From Candidatus Marinacidobacterales bacterium (GTDB lineage Bacteria > Acidobacteriota > Vicinamibacteria > Marinacidobacterales > SMYC01): a stretch of DNA of 64,000 nucleotides. How positions within the stretch are numbered: position 1 is the stretch's first letter; each line of letters starts with the position of its first letter. Location: the NCBI GenBank assembly GCA_965247365.1, contig CBDFHB010000002.1, positions 804,745-868,744 on the forward strand, in the 5' to 3' direction. Of the stretch, positions 27,287 through 36,480 are shown piece after piece. The notes beneath the pieces were generated by a model that ran no database searches, had not been told where the DNA came from, and saw nothing but the letters and a program-made list of their open reading frames with translations. The translations under genes and the position numbers were made by a program.

Positions 27287-27315
27287 TTGACACGGTTCAT
27301 CGGCACGTATATATA
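27287..27315 (+). promoter_or_regulatory. Candidate sigma70-type promoter upstream of the amidase pseudogene
   Basis: TTGACA (27287-27292), 17 nt, TATATA (27310-27315), inside a (TA)n/T-rich tract. Confidence 0.3.
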
Positions 27316-27397
27316 TTTTTGAAATCCGTTGCGCAAGAGGATTCTGTAGCGGGAGGAAGGGCGGCGCTACCCGATCTTGTTGCCACCGGAGGCTCTC

Positions 27398-28349
27398 ATG
27401 GAAGAAGCCATTCTCTTTGGGTCGGTGGCCGAGTTGGGCCAGATGATACGCAGCCGGGAGATCTCTCCGCTCGAGTTGACAGCTGCCTATATCGATCATT
27501 TCGCCTGCAAGCGTCAATGGGGTCGTCGGACTGCGCCCGACCTACGGGCGCGTGAGCCGATACGGCGTAATGGTGGCCGGCTGGACGATGGACAAGCCCG
27601 GTCCCATGTGTCGCTACGTCGACGATTGCGCCACCGTGCTCCGGCACGTCATGGGAGCGGATCCTCTCGACCCGACAGCGGTGGATGCTCCGTTCGAAAT
27701 CCCGCCGCAAGCGGGGATCCGCGGGAAAAAGATCGGAGTCCTGCGCGACGAGTTCGACATGCCCGAGGACCCTGAGTTGAGACAGATACTCAACGCCCCG
27801 GTCCTGGAAAGCCTCGGGCTCGTCCTCGAAGAAACGGAGCTCAGGGATCTTCCGTACAGCGAGGTCTCACGGTTGGTCGGCATCGAAGAGGCCAGCTACT
27901 TCGAGCCCTTGATCGAGTCGCCGAGAGTCAACGAATTGCTCAGGAAGGATCACATCAACAGGTGGGCCGCTGCCCGCATGGTTCCTGCAATCGACTATGT
28001 AAAGGCGCAGAGGATTCGGGTCGAGATGATGCAGTATGCAAGCGAGTTGTTCGACCGTTATTCAGCGCTCGTGACGCCGTCCCGGATGGGGACGGCATGG
28101 GACGCCGATGCGCCACGAGCTCCGCACGCCCACGAGGACCCCGACAGCACTCTGCATCCGAGGATCAGTCTGTTCTCGAACCTGGTCGGCGTTCCTGCGG
28201 TTTCCGTCCCCTGCGGATTTACGGAGGGGGGGCTACCGATGGCCATCCAGTTTGTCGGTGCTGCGTTCGACGAAAGCGGAATTCTTCAACTGGCACGTGC
28301 CTATGAACAGGCCACGACGTGGCACGAACGACATCCAGCTTTGGGTTGA
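27398..28349 (+). pseudogene. Amidase-signature family amidase with an internal out-of-frame deletion
   Basis: The N-terminus MEEAILFGSVAELGQMIRSREISPLELTAAYIDHFA (27398-27505) is joined out of frame to VNGVVGLRPTYGRVSRYGVMVAGWTMDKPGPM...GVPAVSVPCGF...LARAYEQA. The Gly/Ser-rich GGSSGGS signature segment expected between them is absent. Confidence 0.75.
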
Positions 28350-28367
28350 TCCTTCGGAGGACTTCAC

Positions 28368-28643
28368 ATGGCCCAATCGATCAGTCGCAGAGAGTTGTTT
28401 ATCGGCGCTGCCGGGACGACGCTGTTGTCCACGGCGTGCGCCGAGGTTGAAGAAAAGGGAGAGCTTTCCGACGAGACCGTCAAGGCCTTCCTGGCATTCA
28501 CCGACCAAGTGGTGGAAGGCGAAGAGCGGATCGCCGAGATCAAGAAGGCTCTCGAACGCTTTGTAGAGTCCCTCCGGACAATCAGGGCGCACGGCGTACC
28601 ACAGGCGGTGGAGCCCGCGACAACGTTTCGGGCCAGGCGCTAA
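28368..28643 (+). CDS. Small Tat-signal protein, possibly a detached amidase leader domain
   Basis: MAQSISRRELFIGAAGTTLLSTAC (twin-arginine RRELF). 91 aa in total. The tail ...LRTIRAHGVPQAVEPATTF resembles the pre-catalytic leader of secreted amidases. Stop TAA at 28641-28643. Confidence 0.45.
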   Translation: MAQSISRRELFIGAAGTTLLSTACAEVEEKGELSDETVKAFLAFTDQVVEGEERIAEIKKALERFVESLRTIRAHGVPQAVEPATTFRARR

Positions 28644-28738
28644 TGGCGCGCTGAATCGGCGCGCTCGCTCTTTGGCGCGTCACGCGCCATGAGGCGGACA
28701 GCCACTAGGTGAGTACACCCATCCAAGAGGAAGGTCCA

Positions 28739-31700
28739 ATGCAGAAAGCGAATCGGCGTTTGCTTGTCATCTCTTTTTGTCTCGGCGCCGTCGTGTGCCT
28801 TTTCGCTCCGGTAAGAAGTTCCGGTCAGGGAGAATCGAGTTCAGCCGTCAGGCAGATCGAAGTCACCCTGGAGGAGGGAACCGACTTCGCTGCCGCCCTC
28901 TCCCCGGACGGAAGGATCATCGCTATCGATCTCCAGGGAACGATCTGGCAGTTGCCGGCGGCGGGTGGTACGGCTAAAGCCTCGACCGACGCTATGGGTG
29001 ACGCTCGCCAGCCGGCCTTCTCCCCGGACGGAAAGCGGATTGCCTTCCAATCCTACCGCGACGGGAACTGGCACCTATGGACGGTCTCGGCCGAGGGGAC
29101 GGATGATCTGCGCCAACTCACGTTCGGCCCGTTCGATGACCGCGAGCCTCACTGGTCGAGCGACGGCTCCAAGATCGCCTTCTCCTCCGACCGGGAAGGC
29201 ACGTACGATCTCTGGGAACTGGAGTTTTTGACAGGTCGACTCGACCGGCTCACGACAGGCGCCGGAAACGAGTTCGCGCCCGCCTGGTCGCCTGTTGACC
29301 AGAGGATCGCGTTCGTCTCCGAGCAGGACCTTGTGGTGGTGCCGAGTATTCCCGGGAGTCGGGATTCCGGGGACGGCATCTCGGAGACCGCCCGCTCGGT
29401 GCGGGTCCTCTTCCGCGATGGAAAGCAGCGGACCGTTACGACGGTGACCGGCAACGCCTCGGCTCCGTCATGGAGCCCCGATGCGACGATGCTCCTTTTC
29501 AACGAGATCGAAGGGCTTGAAAGCCGCCTCCTTCTGGTGGACGTCACCGAGAGCGGATCCTTGTCATCTTCAAACAAACCCCGACTGGTCACTCTCCCGG
29601 ATGAGGATGTCTTCCCATTCCGGGCCTCATGGCTTTCCCCGACCGAGTTTCTCTACACGGCCGACGGAAAGATCAAACGCCGCTCTGTGGATCTGAGCGA
29701 TCCCGAGACCGTAGCTTTCAAGGCGACCGTGACATTGGAAAGACACACCTACGAAAGACGGCGAAGGGACTTCGATTCCACCGATCCCCAACCGGTACTG
29801 GGCATCGTCACGCCTGCTGTCTCTCCTGACGGCAGTCACATCGCATTCGTGGCTCTCGGTGATCTCTGGCTCCTTACGATCGGCGGGGAGCCCGAACGAC
29901 TCACCGAGGATGGTTTCGTCGAGCTCCATCCAGCCTGGTCATCGGACGGAGAGCGGCTGGTTTACGCATGCGATCGCGCGGGGACGATGGACCTCTGGAT
30001 CAAAAACCTTCGCACCGGCGAGGACCGACAGCTTACCGACCGCCCTGGCGCTGAGACGTATCCCGCCTGGTCTCCCGACAACTCCCTAATTGTCTTCTCC
30101 GATGGCCGAGGCGCACTCAAGCTCGTCGATGTCGTCTCCGGAGAGGTGGTAGATCTCCACGCTCCGCTGATGTCGGAATCAAACTGCTGTTCGCCTGCGT
30201 CGGGGCGGGCAACCTGGTCTTCCGACGGGACCGTCGTCGCGGTCTCTGCTCTCAACCGGTACTCCTCCCGCTTTCGCGAAGGGCGAAACGACATCCTTCT
30301 CATTTCTCGTCATGGTTCTCCCGATCGCAGGGTCACGCCATTTTCCCACCGCTCGATCGGATCGAGAGGAACCGACGGCCCGGTCTGGTCTCCCGACGGG
30401 AGCATGATGGCTTTCACGAGCGATGGGGCGCTCTGGGTCGTCCCGGTGGGCAAAGCCGGTGAGCCTATTGGACCGCCGCGACGATTCGCGAACGAGCTGG
30501 CGGAAGCGATCTCTTGGACGGGAGACTCGCGAGCGATTTTCTTCATGGCCGTCGATCGGCTGCAGCGCGTCTCTCTCGACGACGGTCGAGTGGACACCAT
30601 CCCGCTCGAGCTTACCTGGGAGCGGAAGCTTCCCACCCGTCGTCTCGTGGTTCATGCCGGCCGCCTCTTCGACGGCCGCTCCGATTCTCTGCGCCGCGAC
30701 GTGGACATCATTGTTAGTGGTCACCGGGTTCAAGACATCACACCCCACCGGTCGGAGCTTCACTCCGGGCGGACCGTGGACGGCTCTCAGGGAACGGTTA
30801 TTCCCGGGCTCATCGACATGCACGTGCACCAGCAGGCCGGTTTCGGGGAGGTCCTCGGCCGCATCTGGCTGTCTTATGGCATCACCTCGGTGAGGGAGCC
30901 CTTGTCCAATCCCTACGAGGCGCGAGAGCGTCTGGAGTCCATCTCCTCCGGTAAGCGCGTCGGCCCTCGCGAGTTTTTCACCGGCCAGAGCTTCGACGGT
31001 TCGCGGACGTACTACGCGGGCGCGCTGGCTATGGACGCTGGAGCGCAGTTGGAAGCGGAGCTTCAGCGCGCCCGAAAGCTCGAGTACGACTTCATCAAGA
31101 CCTACGTGCGGCTTTCCGATCCGGTCCAGAAGCGGATCGTGGAGCGCGCCCACGAGATGGGGATTCCCGTCACTTCGCACGAGCTCTATCCCGCGGCTGC
31201 ATATGGCACTGACGGGGTCGAGCACTACCGGGGTACGAGCCGGCGCGGCTACTCACCCAAGGCCACTTGGACCTTCCGGTCCTACCAGGACGTCATCGAG
31301 ATCCTCGCCCGCTCGGGAATGGTGACCACTCCCACCATGGGGGTCTTCTCTTTCCCGCTGGCGGCCGTGCGCGAGCCGGCGCTCATCGAGGACCGACGCC
31401 TGAATCTTTTTCCTTCCCCGGTCATGGAGTCCACTCGAGCCGCGATGGAGGTTGCCCGGAAAGACAGGGTTTCTGAAGCGAATCGTCTCGAGCGGCTGGG
31501 GCGCATCGTGAAAGACTACAGCGAGGCAGGCATCCGCATCCTCGGTGGCACTGACATTCACCCCTACGCCGTCAGCCTCCATGCGGAGCTTCAACATTTT
31601 GTAGAAGAAGCGGGTCTGAGCCCCTTTCAAGCTCTTCAGGCCGTCAGCCTCCATGCTGCAGAGTCACTGGGTGCCGCCGAAGACTTGGGAACTATCGAGC

Positions 31701-31831
31701 CAGGAAAGCTGGCCGACATCGTTATCGTCGACGGCAATCCTCTGGAGGAAATCCGCGACGCCCGGCGAGTTCGAACAGTGATCCAGAACGGAGCGGTTTA
31801 CGAGCTGCAGGATTTGCTGAAGCGGCCGTGA
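28739..31831 (+). CDS. Secreted PD40/TolB-type beta-propeller repeats fused to a C-terminal metal-dependent amidohydrolase domain
   Basis: GAGGAAGG lies 5 nt before ATG 28739. Signal peptide. PD40 repeats (SPDGRIIAI, SPDGKRIAF, SSDGSKIAF, SPVDQRIAF, SPDATMLLF, SPDGSHIAF, SSDGERLVY, SPDNSLIVF, SPDGSMMAF). Amidohydrolase motifs GLIDMHVH, GGTD and the terminal KLADIVIVDGNPL. Confidence 0.85.
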   Translation: MQKANRRLLVISFCLGAVVCLFAPVRSSGQGESSSAVRQIEVTLEEGTDFAAALSPDGRIIAIDLQGTIWQLPAAGGTAKASTDAMGDARQPAFSPDGKRIAFQSYRDGNWHLWTVSAEGTDDLRQLTFGPFDDREPHWSSDGSKIAFSSDREGTYDLWELEFLTGRLDRLTTGAGNEFAPAWSPVDQRIAFVSEQDLVVVPSIPGSRDSGDGISETARSVRVLFRDGKQRTVTTVTGNASAPSWSPDATMLLFNEIEGLESRLLLVDVTESGSLSSSNKPRLVTLPDEDVFPFRASWLSPTEFLYTADGKIKRRSVDLSDPETVAFKATVTLERHTYERRRRDFDSTDPQPVLGIVTPAVSPDGSHIAFVALGDLWLLTIGGEPERLTEDGFVELHPAWSSDGERLVYACDRAGTMDLWIKNLRTGEDRQLTDRPGAETYPAWSPDNSLIVFSDGRGALKLVDVVSGEVVDLHAPLMSESNCCSPASGRATWSSDGTVVAVSALNRYSSRFREGRNDILLISRHGSPDRRVTPFSHRSIGSRGTDGPVWSPDGSMMAFTSDGALWVVPVGKAGEPIGPPRRFANELAEAISWTGDSRAIFFMAVDRLQRVSLDDGRVDTIPLELTWERKLPTRRLVVHAGRLFDGRSDSLRRDVDIIVSGHRVQDITPHRSELHSGRTVDGSQGTVIPGLIDMHVHQQAGFGEVLGRIWLSYGITSVREPLSNPYEARERLESISSGKRVGPREFFTGQSFDGSRTYYAGALAMDAGAQLEAELQRARKLEYDFIKTYVRLSDPVQKRIVERAHEMGIPVTSHELYPAAAYGTDGVEHYRGTSRRGYSPKATWTFRSYQDVIEILARSGMVTTPTMGVFSFPLAAVREPALIEDRRLNLFPSPVMESTRAAMEVARKDRVSEANRLERLGRIVKDYSEAGIRILGGTDIHPYAVSLHAELQHFVEEAGLSPFQALQAVSLHAAESLGAAEDLGTIEPGKLADIVIVDGNPLEEIRDARRVRTVIQNGAVYELQDLLKRP

Positions 31832-32049
31832 AAGCGACCTCGAGCGGCGATCGCCGGGCTCGGCGCTCCAAGCCTAGGAGCTGGAGAAGCGAGGTGATCC
31901 GCTGGACAATCCTTCCGCGCTCAGTGAAGACGGGGAGGACAGTCTTCCTGCGTCCACGCATGACGTCGGCTTGTGGGGTTGACGATACTCGGGCGACCAG
32001 CGCGGCCTGGCGTTGGTTGAGTCGAATGCCCGGGCGTGCCTCGCGTAAC

Positions 32050-32158
32050 GGTATTGTCAAGTTGAGGGCCTCAAGGCCGATTCGACCCCAAAATATGGTT
32101 GACGGTGCGTCCTTGAACCCCACGATATTGGGGCGCGGTTCGCCAACTTGACAGTACC
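32050..32158. mobile_element. 109-bp IS6-derived mini-element (IR pair without transposase)
   Basis: GGTATTGTCAAGTT (32050-32063, 13/14 match to the IS6 left IR) and CGCCAACTTGACAGTACC (32141-32158, 18/18 identical to the IS6 right end at 27234-27251), with 81 bp between the 14-bp IRs. Confidence 0.55.
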
Positions 32159-32514
32159 GTGGGTGGTTAGGTCGCTTCAGCCTCCTCGAGTTCGACACCC
32201 CGAAAGACGTTGGCCCACCCCCGCACAGCCACGCCTGGCGCGAAGGGTATTGGGTTCTCGAAGGTGAGATTGAATTCGTCATCGACGGAAAGAGCCAGAC
32301 GCTCACGTCGGGCTCATGGGTCGTCGTCCCTGGCGGGACGGTCCACACTTCGAAGGTCCTCAGTGAGCGGGGCCGCTACCTGATTTTCGCCGAGCCCGCC
32401 GGCGTCGAGAACTTCCTCGTTGAGGTCCAGGAGGGGACCGCCGACGATCCCGGCAACATGGCGAAAATCCTCGAGATTGCGGCGCGACACGGGTTCAACG
32501 TGGTTACCGGCTAG
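32159..32514 (+). pseudogene. Cupin-domain protein, 5'-truncated at the IS6-type IR
   Basis: The open frame from 32161 reads GWLGRFSLLEFDTPKDVGPPPHSHAWREGYWVLEGEIEFVIDGKSQTLTSGSWVVVPGGTVHTSKV...HGFNVVTG-stop (TAG 32512-32514). Cupin motifs G(x)5HxH and GxxxxxPxGxxH are present. There is no start codon, and the N-terminus is missing. Confidence 0.65.
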
Positions 32515-32729
32515 GCCGCTGCCGCCATCGGCTTGTCTGTTCAGCACGGTGTTATTTTTCAGACCGTATCGGACATGCCGTACCCGCGCAGGCTGAATGA
32601 GGCCCAGGCATTCGTTGAGAAACCGAACGAAGTTGACTTTGCTCATCGGCCTCACTAGAGTCCGAAGAGAGTTCACGCCGTCCACGCGCGCCGCTTGAGG
32701 CCATCGGGCTTCGACAGGGAGGACGTAGA

Positions 32730-34091
32730 ATGCAAGCTCACTCGGAGAGCAGCGCGCTTTTCAGATGGATCGTCACGATGAGTGCCGTTCTGTTACTCGG
32801 CTGCCCGCCGGAACCGCCCGACGATCCGCGTTCCGAGCTGGTCAAGAAAGGCGAGGCGCTTTTCTTCAACGAGACCTTCGACGGGAACGGGAGAACTTGC
32901 GGCACGTGCCACCCGGCGGAGAACAACTTCACCATCGATGTCGCGTTCATCGCGTCGCTTCCGGAGGACGATCCTCTCTTCGTCGCCGAGCTCAATCCGG
33001 ATTTGAAGGAGAACTTCGAGAACCCGAGGCTGATGCACCAGTTCGGTTTGATTCTCGAGAACTTGGACGGCTTCGGCGATTTGGAGAACCGCTTCGTGAT
33101 GCGGGGCGTCCCGCATACGCTAGGACTCACACACAGCGTCGAAAGCCCGCAAGGCCCCCGTACGGGCTGGTCCGGAGATGGCGCACCCGGCGACGGAAGC
33201 CTGCGCGCGTTCGCCACCGGCGCCGTCATCCAACACTTCACGAAGACTCTCAATCGCGTAGCGGGGATCGATTTTCGCCTGCCCACCGTTGAAGAGCTCG
33301 ACGCGCTCGAGGCCTTTCAGCTCACGCTCGGCCGGCAGGAGGAGCTGACGCTTCCCCTTCCCTTGAAAGACGAGGTCGTGCAGCGGGGTCAGGAGATCTT
33401 TCTGGACGACACCCTCGGCAAGTGCAACATCTGCCACGCCAACGCGGGCGCCAACGCCATCATAGGCGGAAGGGACCTGGGCAACGCCAACTTCGACACC
33501 GGCGTCGAGAATCTGCCGGACAAACCCGCGAGCCTCGTCGGCGAGAAGATCCCGCCCGATGACGGGTTCGGAAGCCCCGGCGACGGGACCTTCAACACGC
33601 CCTCGCTGGTGGGGGCGGCGGACTCGCCGCAGTTTTTCCACAACAACGCCATCGACACCATCGAAGGAGCCGTCGCCTTCTACAACGGTGATGCGTTCAA
33701 TAGTTCACCTGCGGGACAAGTGCTCGCGAGCCTAGACCCCAACGGCGTGGGCATCCGGCTCGATGCGACGCAGGTCGAGGCCGTCGCCGCCTTTCTCCGG
33801 TTGGTAAACGCTCTCGACAACGTGCGGATCACGACGTCGCTCCTGGAAGACAGCATCCAGGCCCGGCCCTCGGAGCGGGCGGTCGGGCTCTTGAAGCGCG
33901 CCGTGCGGGAGTCGGAAGACGCCGCCCGGGTGCTCTCGGAGCGGAGCCTTCACCCCGATGCCGTGATGTTGCTGCAAGCCGCGACGCGGCTCATCGAGAG
34001 GGAGGCAGCACACCCGTCCCGGGACGCCGAGCCCACACGCGAGGCGATTCAAAATCTAGAGGAAGCGAAAGCGCTCCTCGTGGAAGAGTGA
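32730..34091 (+). CDS. Di-haem cytochrome c peroxidase-like lipoprotein
   Basis: GGGAGG lies 6 nt before ATG 32730. Lipobox LLLGC. Two CxxCH haem motifs (CGTCH, CNICH) in a CCP/MauG-like context (FFNETFDGNGRTCGTCHP). Confidence 0.7.
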   Translation: MQAHSESSALFRWIVTMSAVLLLGCPPEPPDDPRSELVKKGEALFFNETFDGNGRTCGTCHPAENNFTIDVAFIASLPEDDPLFVAELNPDLKENFENPRLMHQFGLILENLDGFGDLENRFVMRGVPHTLGLTHSVESPQGPRTGWSGDGAPGDGSLRAFATGAVIQHFTKTLNRVAGIDFRLPTVEELDALEAFQLTLGRQEELTLPLPLKDEVVQRGQEIFLDDTLGKCNICHANAGANAIIGGRDLGNANFDTGVENLPDKPASLVGEKIPPDDGFGSPGDGTFNTPSLVGAADSPQFFHNNAIDTIEGAVAFYNGDAFNSSPAGQVLASLDPNGVGIRLDATQVEAVAAFLRLVNALDNVRITTSLLEDSIQARPSERAVGLLKRAVRESEDAARVLSERSLHPDAVMLLQAATRLIEREAAHPSRDAEPTREAIQNLEEAKALLVEE

Positions 34092-34100
34092 GATGTCATC

Positions 34101-34493
34101 ATGATGAAGAAACGCATCGTCCTCTGCTGCGCCTTAGCGATGGCCTTCACCTTGCTCCCTGCCTACGCTCAGAGAGCGACGGAGCTCTACACGCCGATCG
34201 GTCAATCCCCCGGCCTCTCGGAAGATCTCACCGTCATTGGCACTATCGAGTCGGTCGATGAACCAGAGCGCACTTTTCGAATCAGTGGCTCCGGCGAGCC
34301 CGCCTCGGCGATCGTGACCGAGCGCACGCGGATCTATTTGGACCGGAGCAAGTTCCGAGAAACGAACCGCTATGGTGAACTCGGCGATTTGAAGGAAGGT
34401 CGGCGCGTCGAGGTTCTCTACGAGGATCGAGAAGCGCGCGGCCAGGGCCCTGCCGAGTGGATCAAGATCGAGGTGCCCGAGCCTGAGAACTGA
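34101..34493 (+). CDS. Small secreted protein of unknown function
   Basis: Signal peptide MMKKRIVLCCALAMAFTLLPAYAQ. 130 aa. Starts 9 nt after the upstream gene. Confidence 0.55.
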   Translation: MMKKRIVLCCALAMAFTLLPAYAQRATELYTPIGQSPGLSEDLTVIGTIESVDEPERTFRISGSGEPASAIVTERTRIYLDRSKFRETNRYGELGDLKEGRRVEVLYEDREARGQGPAEWIKIEVPEPEN

Positions 34494-34519
34494 AGGCTGG
34501 TTCTTTCAACAGCGAAGTC

Positions 34520-36480
34520 TCAGGGTGTCACGAAGCGGCCGCGTCCCCAGCGGTTCGGGATCTTGCTCGGAAAGTTACCGGATTGCTCGGTATCGCTCCA
34601 CGTATACACCGTAGTTCTTCCCCGATCGTTTCCGCCGTCGTTGTCGCGGAAGTTGAAGTCGAGACCGAAACTTCCCGAGCCCGCCGGGTCCGGATCGAGT
34701 ACGTTCATGTCGATGCGGAGCTCGCACCACCAGCCCGATGCGTGCGACGACACCGCCGACTCAACTCCCGCGAGAACTTGCGCGCGGTAAGTCGGTGTTG
34801 TGACGTAAACGTTGGTTTGATTGCGAGCATCGATGACGAGCTGAACGTCGGACGCGGAGCTCTCCAATCGACCCGTGCCACCGTCGGCGGACGGATCCAG
34901 ATAGATCTCGAGGCTGTCGTTGGCCCAATTCATGGCAGCATCGAATGGTGTCTGGACGTCGTCGTCGGAGAGCCATACGAGAAAGTAGAGGAAAGTATCG
35001 TCGTGGCGCGCGTAGACGCGCGCGGTGTGATCGGCCAGGCTTGCCGGGAGTGAGACTTGGGTGGCGCGGCCCGCCCAATGGAGCGTTCCGCCGTCGTAGC
35101 CGACGAGAGCGATGTCCCCTTCGACCACGTCTCCCGCGCGCGCGAGCGCTGTGTGCTCGTCGAGATTCCAATCGGACGGACTCCCGTCGATGACGACGCT
35201 CGCGGTTCGGTGGATGCGAAGAGCCGGCGTGAGCACTTCGACGCCGGTCGTGAAGCTCCAAGTGGGCCCCACCGCGGTGCCGGCAGCGTTCACCGCATCG
35301 ACGCGCCAGTGGTACGTGGTGTCAGAAACGAGAGGGCCGGGATCGAAAGAGGCCGGTAGCGTCGTCGACACGAACGAAGGGGGGTTGTTGACACCGAAGT
35401 GAACCCGGTACGAGCTGGCGCCGAGGCCGCCCTCCCAGGCGAGACGTGGCTCGAGGCCGACATCGCGAGCGCCGTCGATCGGCATCGGGTTCTCGGCTGC
35501 GCTCGGTGGCCCGCCGGCCGGAAGCTCGAGAAGGCGCGCGCGCGCCCATCGGTCCGGGATCTTGCTCGGAAAATTCGCCGAACGCTCGAAATCACTCCAT
35601 GTGTAGACGGTCGACTGGCTCGGAGCGTTGTCAGCGTCGTTGTCGCGGAAGTTGAAGTCGAGGCCGATGACGCCCTCGAGAGGGATCTTCGGTGAAAGCG
35701 AGCTTTTGAGGAGCTTCACTTCGATCCACCAGCCGTCGGCATCGGACGTCACCGCACTGACCAAGCCCCCGAGGACGCGGTCGCGATAGCTGCTCTCGGC
35801 GACGTAGACGTTCGCCTGGTTGGTCACATCGATCACCAACTGGATGTCGGAGACGGAGCCTTGCATCCGGTCCGGCCCACCGTCCGCACTGGGATCGATG
35901 TAGATCTCGATGCAGTCATTGGCCCAATTCATGCCGACACCGTGTGTGGCGCGCAGGTCGTCGTCGTCCACGCGCGCGAGGAAATAGAGGCTCTCGGCAT
36001 CATGCTGCGCGTATACGCGCGCCGTGTGATCGCGCGCGCTTTCCGGGAGCACCATGGACGTTACGTGGCCCGAGACATGGAGTGTTCCGCCATCGTAGCC
36101 GACGAGCGCGACGTCTCCCGTAGCGAGCTCGCCCGCCCGCACCGTGCGTCCGAACGTCGAGAGATCCCAATCGTCGGGCATGCCATCGATACGAAGGCCA
36201 GCGGTCGGAAGGATCTCGAGGGTCGAAGTTGTCTCTCCATCGGCCGTCGTGAAACTCCAGAGCGCGCCGGGCGTCACGCCGCTCGCATTGACTTCGTCGA
36301 CTAGCCAGAAGTACGTCGTCGACGGTGCGAGAGGTCCCGGTACGAATGTGGCTGCCGCTTGCCGCCCACGAAACGCGGGTGGGTTGGCAGTCCCGAAGTA
36401 GACGTCGTGAGAAGTTGCACCGCTTCCCGGCGCCCAGCTCGGGATCACATCGAGAGGGGTGTCGGTCGCTTGGTTGACGG
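34520..36480 (-). repeat. Internal ~1-kb tandem duplication within the 1630-aa gene
   Basis: The 26-nt string GTCGTTGTCGCGGAAGTTGAAGTCGAG occurs at about 34637 and about 35636. The protein modules are duplicated (VYFGTANPPAFRG... / VHFGVNNPPSFVS...; ALVGYDGGTLH twice; NWANDCIEIYIDPSADGG / NWANDSLEIYLDPSADGG). Confidence 0.7.

Noticed and set aside
28643-28690. GC-rich palindromic cluster (ATGGCGCG...GGCGCGTCACGCGCCAT) as a terminator or REP element.
   Set aside because: The inner palindrome leaves at most a 3-nt loop, there is no T-tract, and there is no second copy in the window. The evidence is insufficient to call a feature.
31850-32048. Minus-strand XRE-type HTH antitoxin-like reading (LNQRQAALVARVSSTPQADVMRGRR...FTER...LLQLLGLE).
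   Set aside because: The resemblance is weak, and there is no start, no stop in the expected place and no partner toxin. It is mentioned only as a possible relic next to the IS6-type scar.
32515-32729. Small minus-strand ORF start (MSKVNFVRFLNECLG...) from track ORF 32314..32685.
   Set aside because: Most of the ORF is antisense to the cupin relic, and there are no motifs or RBS.
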